Assembly: GCA_002421665.1 (NCBI GenBank)
Contig: DISH01000006.1
Span: 84,879 to 148,878 of the forward strand
Direction of reading: 5' to 3'
DNA length: 64,000 nucleotides
DNA from: Candidatus Omnitrophica bacterium UBA6215
GTDB lineage: Bacteria > Omnitrophota > Gorgyraeia > Pluralincolimonadales > Pluralincolimonadaceae
The stretch's first letter is position 1. Each line of letters begins with the position of its first letter. The position numbers and the translations under genes were made by a program. Of this stretch, positions 48,602 to 57,995 are shown one piece after another. The notes beneath the pieces were generated by a model. That model was given only the letters and a program-made list of their open reading frames with translations. It was not told the origin of the DNA and ran no database searches.

Positions 48602-51453
48602 CGTTGATAGAATACCGTTGTAAAAGGTTTATGGTAGATAACCGTGACATCCGTAAGTACCGGGGTCACGCTGCTCGCCGAATAATCATTTGGATCAAGC
48701 GCGCTCGTTGCCAACAGGGCCTTATACTGGAACTTCCTCCCGGAGATAGCCGAGACCGAGTCTCCGCTTGCATAAGTGGAGACGAAGCTGTCCGAGGACG
48801 ATGCCCTCGCATACATGGTTATCGATGTGCTGGTCGGTATTATAGCATTCCATGTTATGGTATCCCATGATATCCCTGTGTTATCTGTCGGTAATTTCGT
48901 GATCAAAGGAGCCGATACGATATACCCCTTCGGGTATATGATCCTGACGTCATCGAACTGGTTGACGCATTCTGAGTCGGAACCCCACCAATCGGCATTC
49001 CTCTCTGCCAACTCTTCTATGAAAGCATTATTCGCGTGAGTGCTCCAGAACTGGGTAAAATCGGCATAATAAAGGTTATTGCCCCTTAATTTTACCACTC
49101 CTTCTTTTGAAGCACTGCCGGCTACGCGCAGAGCACCCTGCACGAAACCGGAGCCCGCCGAAGTGGTATAAGTATAATAGGGCCTGTAAGACGTCCCTAC
49201 CCCCACGGCTGCCAATATATAATACCGGGAATCATCCGGCCATATCGCATATGTCGCATTCCCTACGATTTTACCGGGCAAATTAGTCTCGTTCATATCC
49301 ACCGAATAAAGATCGTTATCGCCATCCTTCACAAGGGTATAATAGCCCCCGGTGGCTTTGGTCCCCTCGTAAGGCTCCTCCTTAAGAAAGAGATAGCCTG
49401 TTAACCATGAAGGACTGTAAGCGGGGGTGGGCTGTCCCGGGTTCGTCAGGCGCTTGCTCGGGGGTTTATGCCATACCCAGCTACCGGTCTGCTGCTGGCC
49501 GTCATCATAGACATAACATCTGGCAAATATATCATATCCCAACTCGGCGCTTGGGGCGTAATAATTGCCGTTGACTTCTGCGCTCCTCTCTTCGGGATAA
49601 CGCTGGACTGTGGTTCCTTCCACGATATCGGTATAATAACCTTTCATATCAAGCCTCAAGCTGTACGTTCCGTCAAAACCCTGCCTTAGGGAGGTATCGC
49701 CGAAACTCAGGTCCCATCTCGAATCAGTTCCCCAGATCACATCGGTAGGGATGTCGAAAGTCTTGCCATCCGGAAAAGTATAACTTACGGCAGGCGTGAC
49801 TCCCGTGATCTTGGCCAGATATCCGCCTCTCCATGTTACGACACTGTAGGCTACATCGTCATCAAAATCATCCCAATAACCGAGTTTGACAGAATCATAA
49901 CATTTCGTATAACCGGAGGTCTCCCATGCCATGCAGGAACCGTTCCACGAGTCGGCGCTTATAGGGCAGGAGTCCAGCCAGGTTACGTTCCTGACCTCGC
50001 CATCGCTCAGATCTCCGTAATCCGAGAACCAAGCTGCATAAAACTCGGCCCTGGTAGTCTGCGTCATGGTATTAAAAACTTCCACGACGGATACCATCTG
50101 CCTCTCGGCAAGCGTGGAGCCATCCGCCCTCTTCGCTTTACCCGTAGCCACTATTTTGATTATCCCCCCGGAATTGTAATCCGCGCCAAGGGTCGATGCG
50201 GGAACGCGGTCTGATGTGGTCCATTTATCAAGTATCCTGCCGTAATACGAAGTAGGCAGGTAAGCAAAATAATCGGCTGGGACATAATCTTCCGCGCCAA
50301 GGGCATTCCATTTCAGTTCCAAGGTATTCTGGTTCTCATAATTGTAGAAATCGAACCTTATCGGATGCCACCCTCCGCGGGTAAACTTCACGGAACCGCT
50401 GGTAAGCGCTCCGGAACTCCAGGTGCCCATAGACCTCTCCGTCCAATCCGCTATAAGCTGCCTCCCGTCTATAAAAAGCCTGCATCCCTGTTCGCTGCGC
50501 ATCCTGAACGTTATGTCCTGGTTTATCTTGTTATCGGGGATATAGATGAAACCCGTAAATACCATGCCATAGCGTTCCATCCCGTATTTATTTTGCCAGT
50601 CGGTTATGACATATCCCCCGGAAAATTCCGCGTCATGCGCTTCTGCCCACCCCGAATTATCTCCGTCTGTCCCCGGGAAAGTCCCTGAAGGCGGGTATGG
50701 GCTCGAAGCAGCAGCCTTCGCCTCTTTCATAGCACCCAGATCTATGACCTTTCCTGAATAATAATCGAGGGAAAGTATGGTGTCCCTGCTCCAGGTCTCC
50801 CTGCTGTTAGTATAACCTTTGCATATCAGGCCGCCTTGTATTAACGGCGCATATATCGTAATGAGGCCTTTTATGCTATTGTATTTCCCGTCATCCTTGA
50901 GGACCAGACGAACCTCTTCTATAGTGGCAAAGGGCGCATTCTTGGCGTTTGTCTCGTCGCCGGCTGCCGAGACACGACCCGTAGAGGTCAGCAGCTGCGT
51001 CGTTGCGCTGGAGTCCTGGTCGACATAATCGATTATCTTCGCAATATCGTCATAGCTCAGGCCTGCGGCAGCAAGCGTTTCGATCCACGGGTAATCGGTC
51101 TCGTCGATATTGTTGATATTGATCACTTGGTCCTGTCTTTCGACATAAACCTGGCAGCTCCCTCCCGGAAGGTCTACCTCGGTACCGGGAGAAGAATAAT
51201 TTGCCGCTATATCAGCCATTAGCGCGCTGTAACCGTTACTTGCCGCCCAGCTGCGTATTTCCGCAACAGCGCGGTCGATGCCTGCCCGAGCCATCTCCTC
51301 AGCCTGGGTCTGGTTGACGAAATTCTGGACTGCCTTATACTCCATCTGCATGTTTATGGCGAAACTCGTGGCTATCATAGCCACGAGCGCAAGTATGCCT
51401 ACGGCTATTATAAGGGCAACGCCTTTCTTTTGTTTTAAGACCGCCTTATCCAC
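48598..51453 (-). CDS. Giant GspK-like minor pseudopilin (951 aa) carrying a PA14 domain, paralog 1
   Basis: It has the N-terminus KQKKG|VALIIAVGILALVAMIATSF without Glu+5, a GspK-like motif VININNIDETD...NAPFATIEEV, and a PA14-like segment GFIYIPDNKINQDITFRMRSEQGCRLFIDGRQLIADW...WHPIRFDFYNYENQNTLELKW. Confidence 0.6.
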   Translation of the reverse strand: MDKAVLKQKKGVALIIAVGILALVAMIATSFAINMQMEYKAVQNFVNQTQAEEMARAGIDRAVAEIRSWAASNGYSALMADIAANYSSPGTEVDLPGGSCQVYVERQDQVININNIDETDYPWIETLAAAGLSYDDIAKIIDYVDQDSSATTQLLTSTGRVSAAGDETNAKNAPFATIEEVRLVLKDDGKYNSIKGLITIYAPLIQGGLICKGYTNSRETWSRDTILSLDYYSGKVIDLGAMKEAKAAASSPYPPSGTFPGTDGDNSGWAEAHDAEFSGGYVITDWQNKYGMERYGMVFTGFIYIPDNKINQDITFRMRSEQGCRLFIDGRQLIADWTERSMGTWSSGALTSGSVKFTRGGWHPIRFDFYNYENQNTLELKWNALGAEDYVPADYFAYLPTSYYGRILDKWTTSDRVPASTLGADYNSGGIIKIVATGKAKRADGSTLAERQMVSVVEVFNTMTQTTRAEFYAAWFSDYGDLSDGEVRNVTWLDSCPISADSWNGSCMAWETSGYTKCYDSVKLGYWDDFDDDVAYSVVTWRGGYLAKITGVTPAVSYTFPDGKTFDIPTDVIWGTDSRWDLSFGDTSLRQGFDGTYSLRLDMKGYYTDIVEGTTVQRYPEERSAEVNGNYYAPSAELGYDIFARCYVYDDGQQQTGSWVWHKPPSKRLTNPGQPTPAYSPSWLTGYLFLKEEPYEGTKATGGYYTLVKDGDNDLYSVDMNETNLPGKIVGNATYAIWPDDSRYYILAAVGVGTSYRPYYTYTTSAGSGFVQGALRVAGSASKEGVVKLRGNNLYYADFTQFWSTHANNAFIEELAERNADWWGSDSECVNQFDDVRIIYPKGYIVSAPLITKLPTDNTGISWDTITWNAIIPTSTSITMYARASSSDSFVSTYASGDSVSAISGRKFQYKALLATSALDPNDYSASSVTPVLTDVTVIYHKPFTTVFYQR

Positions 51454-51462
51454 TCTATACCT

Positions 51463-52212
51463 CTACTGTACGCGTATGAAATCCGTAAAAGTCCTCTTCT
51501 GGCTCCCGTCGCGGCTTTGTATCGTTATTGAAACCGCTACCGCGTTGGGCAAACCATCCGGGACCTTCGCGTTGTTCCCGTCGTCATAATTCTGGCTGGG
51601 GCTTCCATCAAGGAGGTCCAGTCCGGAATTCCACTCGCTCGCCGTCGTTGCCGGAAGCCCCCCGACGGCGGACTTATAATAATATGTGAACTGCAAGTCC
51701 GTAACATTGCGCGCTATGATATCATCGGAAAAAGTCCCTGAACTGTTGTTTGAAAAATCGTATACCACCGGGACCGTGCTGCCATTAAAATATTCGAAAT
51801 GCCTCATTAGGCAGTTATCGTCACGAAGCCAGTAACCTATTTCGCACAGGTCCTGCATACCGGGGTTATCTTCAACCGGCGCCACAAGGAACAACTCATC
51901 GGCGACAGAACCGGATTTAATTATATAGGTGCCGCCCTTGTCGTTGCCCTGGAACTTTGTCCAATAGCCGGTATTATCCGATTTCTGGTAGAGTACGGCA
52001 GAGGGTATCTCCTTGCGCATAAGTTCCAGCGCGAACCTGGCATTCTGGTATATATCCAGCAATGTCTCGGATTTACGCCATGAATCGAGGGCCCCCCTGA
52101 AGACCGTGAACAGCGATAGAACAACTATAGAGAAGATAACAGAAACTACCAGTATCTCCACAAGGGTGAGTCCTGCCCTGCAGGCCTTTAAATTCTTACC
52201 TGTCCGCGACAT
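51463..52212 (-). CDS. Type IV prepilin-like minor pseudopilin (GspJ/PilW-like)
   Basis: It has a class III signal MSRTGKNLKACRAG|LTLVEILVVSVIF with Glu+5. Confidence 0.6.
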   Translation of the reverse strand: MSRTGKNLKACRAGLTLVEILVVSVIFSIVVLSLFTVFRGALDSWRKSETLLDIYQNARFALELMRKEIPSAVLYQKSDNTGYWTKFQGNDKGGTYIIKSGSVADELFLVAPVEDNPGMQDLCEIGYWLRDDNCLMRHFEYFNGSTVPVVYDFSNNSSGTFSDDIIARNVTDLQFTYYYKSAVGGLPATTASEWNSGLDLLDGSPSQNYDDGNNAKVPDGLPNAVAVSITIQSRDGSQKRTFTDFIRVQ

Positions 52213-52549
52213 TTATGGTAAAACCTCTCTGAAAACTCTTATTGCCCTGCCCCCAGCCGACAGTGCAGATCACCTGCCTTAAATTATCCACGGAGGTAGT
52301 CGAGACCGTCTGGGTCCAGGTATATGCGGGATCTGTGAACGTGCCTGAGGTAGTGCCGAGACTGGGAAAACCGTTGTTCCTTATCCGTTCAAAATGCTCG
52401 TGGGCGAATATCGTGGCCTGGGTGGCGCTTACCGACCTTCGGGCGGAATCGAAACCTATCGGGAAAAGGGACAGTATCCCCACCAGCCCTATCGCGAGGA
52501 TAGAAAGAGAGATGATTATTTCGATGAGGGTAAATCCGCTCCTCTTCAC
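52196..52549 (-). CDS. Type IV prepilin-like minor pseudopilin (GspI-like)
   Basis: It has MKRSG|FTLIEIIISLSILAIGL with Glu+5, and at 117 aa has a GspI-like size. Confidence 0.65.
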   Translation of the reverse strand: MKRSGFTLIEIIISLSILAIGLVGILSLFPIGFDSARRSVSATQATIFAHEHFERIRNNGFPSLGTTSGTFTDPAYTWTQTVSTTSVDNLRQVICTVGWGQGNKSFQRGFTINVADR

Positions 52550-52577
52550 GCTGCGCCCTCGCTTTTACCGGCCCGGC

Positions 52578-53075
52578 TTATCTGGTCCAGTTCGTTACGT
52601 TGTCCGTGCCTCCGACCACCCTGTCCGGACCATACGAAATAATATCGACGTAATAACCGCCGTGCCCTGAAGTATCGGGATTAGTATAAGTCAATGCCGT
52701 GCCCCAGGCATCGATTATCGTGCTGCCTCCGGTAAGGTCATTGTCCTTGAATGTCATATAAGGTCCCGACCAGTTGGTAGTAGGAAGCGTGTAAGTACCG
52801 GTACCTATAACATAGTTACCGGTATTGTTCACAAGGCAGTTATACAAGTTAGTATTGCCGCTTCGCGGATAACCGCCAAGATCAGCCTGGAACATCCCAA
52901 TACCGGTCTCTATCGCGGCTATCATCGCCTTTGTGCGGGCTATCATCGCCTTCTGCCTTGCGGTCTGGGCGGCCGCCGCCACCAATCCCGCCAACAGCAA
53001 TATTATAGTCATGACGACCACAAGTTCTATTATGGTGAAACCTTTCTTCCTGTTCGTCCTAACCATATTAACCAC
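52578..53075 (-). CDS. Major pseudopilin / type IV pilin (GspG-like)
   Basis: It has MVNMVRTNRKKG|FTIIELVVVMTIILLLAGLVAAAA with Glu+5, and a GspG-like length and periplasmic domain. Confidence 0.75.
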   Translation of the reverse strand: MVNMVRTNRKKGFTIIELVVVMTIILLLAGLVAAAAQTARQKAMIARTKAMIAAIETGIGMFQADLGGYPRSGNTNLYNCLVNNTGNYVIGTGTYTLPTTNWSGPYMTFKDNDLTGGSTIIDAWGTALTYTNPDTSGHGGYYVDIISYGPDRVVGGTDNVTNWTR

Positions 53076-54333
53076 CTCCTAAAGCTGTTACGAGCTGGAA
53101 GAGCGGCAAGAACATGGCTATTACTATGAACCCGACTATCATACCCAGCCCGATGATCAAAAACGGCTCTAGCAACGACATCAAACCCGTTACAGTGACA
53201 TCGACCTCTTCATCATATACATCTGCGACCTTCAACAACATCTGGTCCAAGGCACCTGTCTCCTCCCCTACGGAGATCATGTTAACGGCCATCGCCGGGA
53301 AGAGCCCTGCCTTAAGCAGGGGTTTGGCTATCGTCTCCCCTTCCCTTACCGCATCGTGTACCACCACTATGGAACGGGCCATCGCCTCATTGCCGGTAGT
53401 GTCCTTCGAGACCATAAGGGATTGCAATATAGGCACACCGCTTGACAACAGCGTTCCGAGCGTCCTGGAGAAACGGGCGATGGCAATCTTCCTTAACAAC
53501 TGGCCCATTACCGGTATCTCCAACTTACCCTTATCAATCAGAAGTTTTGTCACAGGCAAACTGTATAGGACATTCCATAGGACGATGAGTAATACTACTA
53601 AGCCTATGCCGATATACCATCTGCTCCTCGCAAAATCGCTGACCACAAGGAGGACTTTGGTCATTACCGGAAGTTCTACGTTCATTTCTTTGAATATCTG
53701 CAAAAATTTGGGGACGATAAACGTTATAAGAAAACCCAGTACCGATAGAGCCATGGTAAGAACGAGGGCGGGATAGACCATGGCCGATTTTATCCTTCCC
53801 TCCAATCTTTGGGATTTTTCGGCAAACTCCGCAAGACGGGTAAGTACCACTTCGAGCACACCGCCGGCTTCACCCGCCTTTACCGTATTTACATACAGGG
53901 GCGGGAACGCCTTGGGGAATTTTGAAAGCGCTTCGGAAAAAGAGCTGCCGCCTTCAACCTGCTCGGCAAGCCCGCGGATAGTAGTCTTCAATATCCCCGA
54001 CTTCTCTTGCCTTTCAAGGACATACAAGGCGCGGACAAGGGGCAGACCGGAACCTATAAGGGTAGCCAGCTGCCTGGTAAACACGGTTATCTGCTTGGCG
54101 CTGACACCTCCGAAAGACAGGCTTAAAGCTGATTTCGCCGGCTTGGGGCCGCCGGGTATCTCCCTGTTCCTTAAGGGAGATCCGTCATTTTTATCCTTCT
54201 CTTCATTGATACTTATGGGATAAAGGCCCTTCTGGCGCATCTGCTCCATGGCATCCTGATTGCCGGAAGCCTCGAGCCTGCCTTTACTCTCCTTGCCGTC
54301 CTTGTCTATAGCGACGTAATTGAAGATGGCCAT
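53068..54333 (-). CDS. Inner-membrane platform protein GspF/PilC family
   Basis: It has two T2SF repeats and three TM helices. A strong RBS GGGGGAG precedes the ATG. Confidence 0.85.
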   Translation of the reverse strand: MAIFNYVAIDKDGKESKGRLEASGNQDAMEQMRQKGLYPISINEEKDKNDGSPLRNREIPGGPKPAKSALSLSFGGVSAKQITVFTRQLATLIGSGLPLVRALYVLERQEKSGILKTTIRGLAEQVEGGSSFSEALSKFPKAFPPLYVNTVKAGEAGGVLEVVLTRLAEFAEKSQRLEGRIKSAMVYPALVLTMALSVLGFLITFIVPKFLQIFKEMNVELPVMTKVLLVVSDFARSRWYIGIGLVVLLIVLWNVLYSLPVTKLLIDKGKLEIPVMGQLLRKIAIARFSRTLGTLLSSGVPILQSLMVSKDTTGNEAMARSIVVVHDAVREGETIAKPLLKAGLFPAMAVNMISVGEETGALDQMLLKVADVYDEEVDVTVTGLMSLLEPFLIIGLGMIVGFIVIAMFLPLFQLVTALGGG

Positions 54334-54361
54334 TAATTTTATCTCCCCCTTCTATATTATA

Positions 54362-54390
54362 AATATACCTTATACAAAGGTCTTTGTCAA
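54362..54390 (-). promoter_or_regulatory. Possible internal sigma70-like promoter TTGACA-N17-TATATT upstream of the GspF gene
   Basis: On the minus strand the sequence reads TTGACAaagacctttgtataaggTATATT and lies in the 69-nt gap between the ATPase and platform genes. Confidence 0.25.
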
Positions 54391-54402
54391 AGGCTCAAAA
54401 AA

Positions 54403-56154
54403 CTACATTACGGAAGATTGAGCCTCCTTTAGCACCTCTTCTGCGGTTGTGACCCCGGCGTTTATCTTTTCCAGGCCGTCGTCCAGGAGCGTCTTCATGC
54501 CGTTCTCAATAGCAGCTTTCTTTATAAGGGCTGTATGCGCCTTTTCTATCACAAGCTGCCTTATCTTCTCGTTCAATACAAGGAGTTCGTATATACCCGT
54601 CCTGCCTTTGTAACCCGAATTGTTGCATTTCACGCAACCTGTGCCCCTGTAAAATTTCCTGTTTTTCGCTTCTTCGGGCGCCAGCCCCAGGTCGGATATC
54701 AGTTCGGGTTCCGGGATATACTCTTCCTTGCAGTTCTGGCATATCTTGCGCACAAGCCTCTGGGCGAGCACCGCTTCAAGCGTGGAAGTCACGAGAAATG
54801 GCTCGACGCCCATATCGATCAACCTCGTGATGGTTCCTGCTGCGTCGTTGGTATGCAACGTAGAGAAGACCAAATGTCCGGTAAGGGAAGCCTGTATCGC
54901 TATCTGTGCGGTCTCGGCATCCCTTATCTCGCCTACCATTATTATATCGGGATCCTGCCTTAATATATGGCGAAGGGACGTGGCGAATGTAAGGCCTATC
55001 TTAGCATTTATCGGGACCTGTATTACACCCTTAAGGTCGTACTCAACAGGATCCTCGGTCGTGATAACTTTATATTCTATTTTGTTTATCTCCCTCATGC
55101 ATCCATATAATGTAGTGGTCTTGCCGCAACCGGTCGGCCCGGTAGTAAGGAATATGCCGTTGGGTTTGACTATTATGCTCCTTATCCTCTTCTTGGTTTC
55201 ATCGAGCATCCCGACCTCGTCTATGGAAAGGCTTACCGTCGTCCTGTCGAGGACCCTCATGACGATGCTCTCACCGAATATCGTAGGCAAAGTAGATATA
55301 CGCAGGTCCACGCTCTTGCCTTCTATCGTGACCATGATGCGCCCGTCCTGCGGAAGGCGGCGCTCGGCTATATCAAGGTTCGCCATGACCTTTATCCTGG
55401 ATGACAGGCCGAGGCTAAGGTTCTTCGGAGGCCTGGCTACCTCGTAAAGGACGCCGTCCACCCTGTACCTTATCCTGTAATCTTGTTCGAAAGGCTCGAA
55501 ATGTATGTCGGATGCCTTCTCCCTGACCCCCTGGAGAAGTATCATATTAAGGAGCTTGATTACGGGGGCGCGTGAAGCAAGCTCCTGGAGTGTAGCTATG
55601 TCATTTATCTCTTCTCCCTCAGGGACAAGCTCCATCTTCTCGCCAAAGACGCCGAGGACGTCCTGTATCGTCTCGCCCTCGGAACCGTAATACCTCTGTA
55701 TCTGCTCCTTTATCTCCTCGTCGCTGGCAACCACACCCTTTATGTTCATCCCGAGGGTAAACCTCAGGTCGTCAAAAGCGGCTACATTTAGCGGGTCCGC
55801 TATGGCTATCGAAAGCTGGTTGCCTTCAACAGAAACCGGGAGGATGGTATATATCTTCGCAACGGAAGCCGGGACCTTGTCAATGACCTCCTTAGGGATC
55901 TTCATGTCCTTGAGCCTGACCACAGAGAACCCGGACCGCGCCCCCAGCAGCTGCAGGATATCGTCTTCCTTGACGATACCCATATCGACGAATATCCTTC
56001 CTAGAAGCTTGCCGGTAAGCTTCTGCTCTTCCAGAGCCTGCTCGAGCTGGCGTTCGTTTATCATCCCCTTCTCAAGGAGAAGCTGGCCTATCCGCTTGTA
56101 TTTTTCCTGTTTAGGTTGCTCTTTTTCGGCAGCCATACCTATATTACTCCTCAT
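54403..56154 (-). CDS. GspE/PilB-family secretion ATPase 2 with an N-terminal MshEN-type domain
   Basis: It has the Walker A motif TGPTGCGKTTTLY and a tetracysteine CQNC...CVKC. Its N-terminal RIGQLLLEKGMINERQLEQALEEQ matches the 24-residue MshEN c-di-GMP-binding consensus. Confidence 0.9.
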   Translation of the reverse strand: MRSNIGMAAEKEQPKQEKYKRIGQLLLEKGMINERQLEQALEEQKLTGKLLGRIFVDMGIVKEDDILQLLGARSGFSVVRLKDMKIPKEVIDKVPASVAKIYTILPVSVEGNQLSIAIADPLNVAAFDDLRFTLGMNIKGVVASDEEIKEQIQRYYGSEGETIQDVLGVFGEKMELVPEGEEINDIATLQELASRAPVIKLLNMILLQGVREKASDIHFEPFEQDYRIRYRVDGVLYEVARPPKNLSLGLSSRIKVMANLDIAERRLPQDGRIMVTIEGKSVDLRISTLPTIFGESIVMRVLDRTTVSLSIDEVGMLDETKKRIRSIIVKPNGIFLTTGPTGCGKTTTLYGCMREINKIEYKVITTEDPVEYDLKGVIQVPINAKIGLTFATSLRHILRQDPDIIMVGEIRDAETAQIAIQASLTGHLVFSTLHTNDAAGTITRLIDMGVEPFLVTSTLEAVLAQRLVRKICQNCKEEYIPEPELISDLGLAPEEAKNRKFYRGTGCVKCNNSGYKGRTGIYELLVLNEKIRQLVIEKAHTALIKKAAIENGMKTLLDDGLEKINAGVTTAEEVLKEAQSSVM

Positions 56155-57856
56155 AGCCGTGCGTGATGCGCACGACCTCAGAAATCGTCGTTATGCCTTC
56201 CCTTACCTTATTAAGGCCGTCTTCCCTCAGGAGCTTCATGCCGCTGCGGCGAGCGGCTTCCCTTATCTCCTGCGAAGAAAGCCTTTTTACTATCATCTCG
56301 CGTATCTCGTCATTATTGACCAGCAGCTCAAATATTCCGATCCTTCCTTTGTATCCGGTATAATTACACATTTTGCATCCTTTACCCCTGAACAGCTGCA
56401 TTTCTTCGACGGCCTTCGGGTCGCCGGACTTCTGTCCCAGGAGATACAATTCTTCGTAGGAAGGTTTATAGGGCTCCTTGCAGTTCTGGCATATCTTGCG
56501 CACAAGCCTCTGGGCCATGACCGCCTGGACCGTAGAGCTGACGAGATATGACTTTACACCCATATCTATGAGCCGGGTAAATGCGCCGGCGGCATCGTTG
56601 GTATGCAGAGTACTGAAAAGAAGATGCCCCGTAAGGGCAGCCTGTATGGCTATAGACGCGGTCTCAAAATCACGGATCTCGCCGACCATTATTACATCGG
56701 GCGCCTGCCTGAGCATGGTCCTTAATCCCGAGGCGAAGGTGAGTCCTATCGAGGGCCGTACATGGACCTGATTTATGCCCGAGATCTGGTACTCGACCGG
56801 GTCTTCTACCGTTATAAGTTTTTTATTGGGTTTATTTATATAGCTAAGGGCCGCATAAAGCGTCGTTGTCTTTCCGCTTCCGGTAGGGCCCGTAATAAGC
56901 AACATGCCGTACGGCAGGTGTATCAGTTTCTCGAAAGTCTCTGCATCCTCATGGAGGAACCCGAGCTCGGCAAGGCCAAGCATAAAACTGGACTTATCGA
57001 GGATCCTCATGACCACGCTCTCCCCGTATATAGCCGGAAGCGTGGAGACGCGCAGGTCAAGGTCCTTGCCCATGCCTTGTATCCTTATCCTGCCGTCCTG
57101 CGGCAGGCGCTTCTCGGCTATATTCATGCCCGCCATGATCTTAAGACGGCTCAATATGGAAGGTTGCAGCTGTTTCGGGGGGCCGGGAACTTCGTGCAAT
57201 ACGCCGTCTATCCTGTACCTCACGCGGAACTTGTCTTCAAGCGGCTCAACATGTATATCGGAAGCGCGGTTCTTTACGGCTTCGGATATTATCTGGGTAA
57301 CAAGCTTTATTATGGGCGCTTCATCCTTTTCTTCTTCTTTCACGACTTCAGCCGCGACGCCTTTAAAAGATACCGTCGCGTTGTCGTCCTGTTTCTGCGC
57401 AACGGCATCCAGTATGTTCTTGCTTCCTCCGTAATGTTTCTCAAGCGCTATGTTTATGTTCGATTCGGAGCTAAAAACAAAATCGATCTTCGAGCCTATA
57501 AACGTTTCAAGGTTGTCCTGGGCCAGAAGGTTAATGGGATCATCCGTTGCAATGGTCAGGATATCATTCTCGAATTTGATGGGAACCAACTTGTGGCGGT
57601 ATGCTAATGCCGGTTTTACCTTGGAAAGGATATCGAAGGGGATTTCCATATCGAATATAGGGGCGCGGACAAGGGAAAACTCCTGGATTATAAGATCTCT
57701 GAGCTGTTCGGTCTGGAGGAACCCTATGCCGTTGAGGATATCGGAAAGACGGTTTCCGGAATCAAGCTGCGATTTCAGGACACTCTTTAATTGGGATTCG
57801 TCAAGTATCCCTATCGACTTGAGGTATTCGCCTATAAGCCTGCTTCTATTGATCAA
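56144..57856 (-). CDS. GspE/PilB-family secretion ATPase 1 with an N-terminal MshEN-like domain
   Basis: It has the Walker A motif TGPTGSGKTTTLY and a tetracysteine CQNC...CKMC. It starts at a TTG preceded by the RBS AAGGGGGAGAG. Its N-terminal RLIGEYLKSIGILDESQLKSVLKSQ resembles the MshEN motif with one inserted residue. Confidence 0.9.
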   Translation of the reverse strand: MINRSRLIGEYLKSIGILDESQLKSVLKSQLDSGNRLSDILNGIGFLQTEQLRDLIIQEFSLVRAPIFDMEIPFDILSKVKPALAYRHKLVPIKFENDILTIATDDPINLLAQDNLETFIGSKIDFVFSSESNINIALEKHYGGSKNILDAVAQKQDDNATVSFKGVAAEVVKEEEKDEAPIIKLVTQIISEAVKNRASDIHVEPLEDKFRVRYRIDGVLHEVPGPPKQLQPSILSRLKIMAGMNIAEKRLPQDGRIRIQGMGKDLDLRVSTLPAIYGESVVMRILDKSSFMLGLAELGFLHEDAETFEKLIHLPYGMLLITGPTGSGKTTTLYAALSYINKPNKKLITVEDPVEYQISGINQVHVRPSIGLTFASGLRTMLRQAPDVIMVGEIRDFETASIAIQAALTGHLLFSTLHTNDAAGAFTRLIDMGVKSYLVSSTVQAVMAQRLVRKICQNCKEPYKPSYEELYLLGQKSGDPKAVEEMQLFRGKGCKMCNYTGYKGRIGIFELLVNNDEIREMIVKRLSSQEIREAARRSGMKLLREDGLNKVREGITTISEVVRITHGYEE

Positions 57857-57887
57857 AGCCCGACTCTCTCCCCCTTATATTTCACGA

Positions 57888-57905
57888 GCGCCGCGGACGC
57901 GGCGC
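57888..57905. promoter_or_regulatory. Perfect GC-rich inverted repeat GCGCCGCG-GA-CGCGGCGC in the leader of the pilus ATPase operon (candidate operator)
   Basis: It is an 8-bp perfect palindrome with a 2-nt spacer, about 30 nt upstream of the ATPase-1 RBS and just downstream of the HTH-TM gene. No U-tract follows it. Confidence 0.3.
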
Positions 57906-57995
57906 AATCACCATGCTCCGGAGAAACAGTTTTCACCTTGTCCTCAAACAACCCAAGCTTTACCCTTATATTACCACATTTTGTATTTACTTCAA

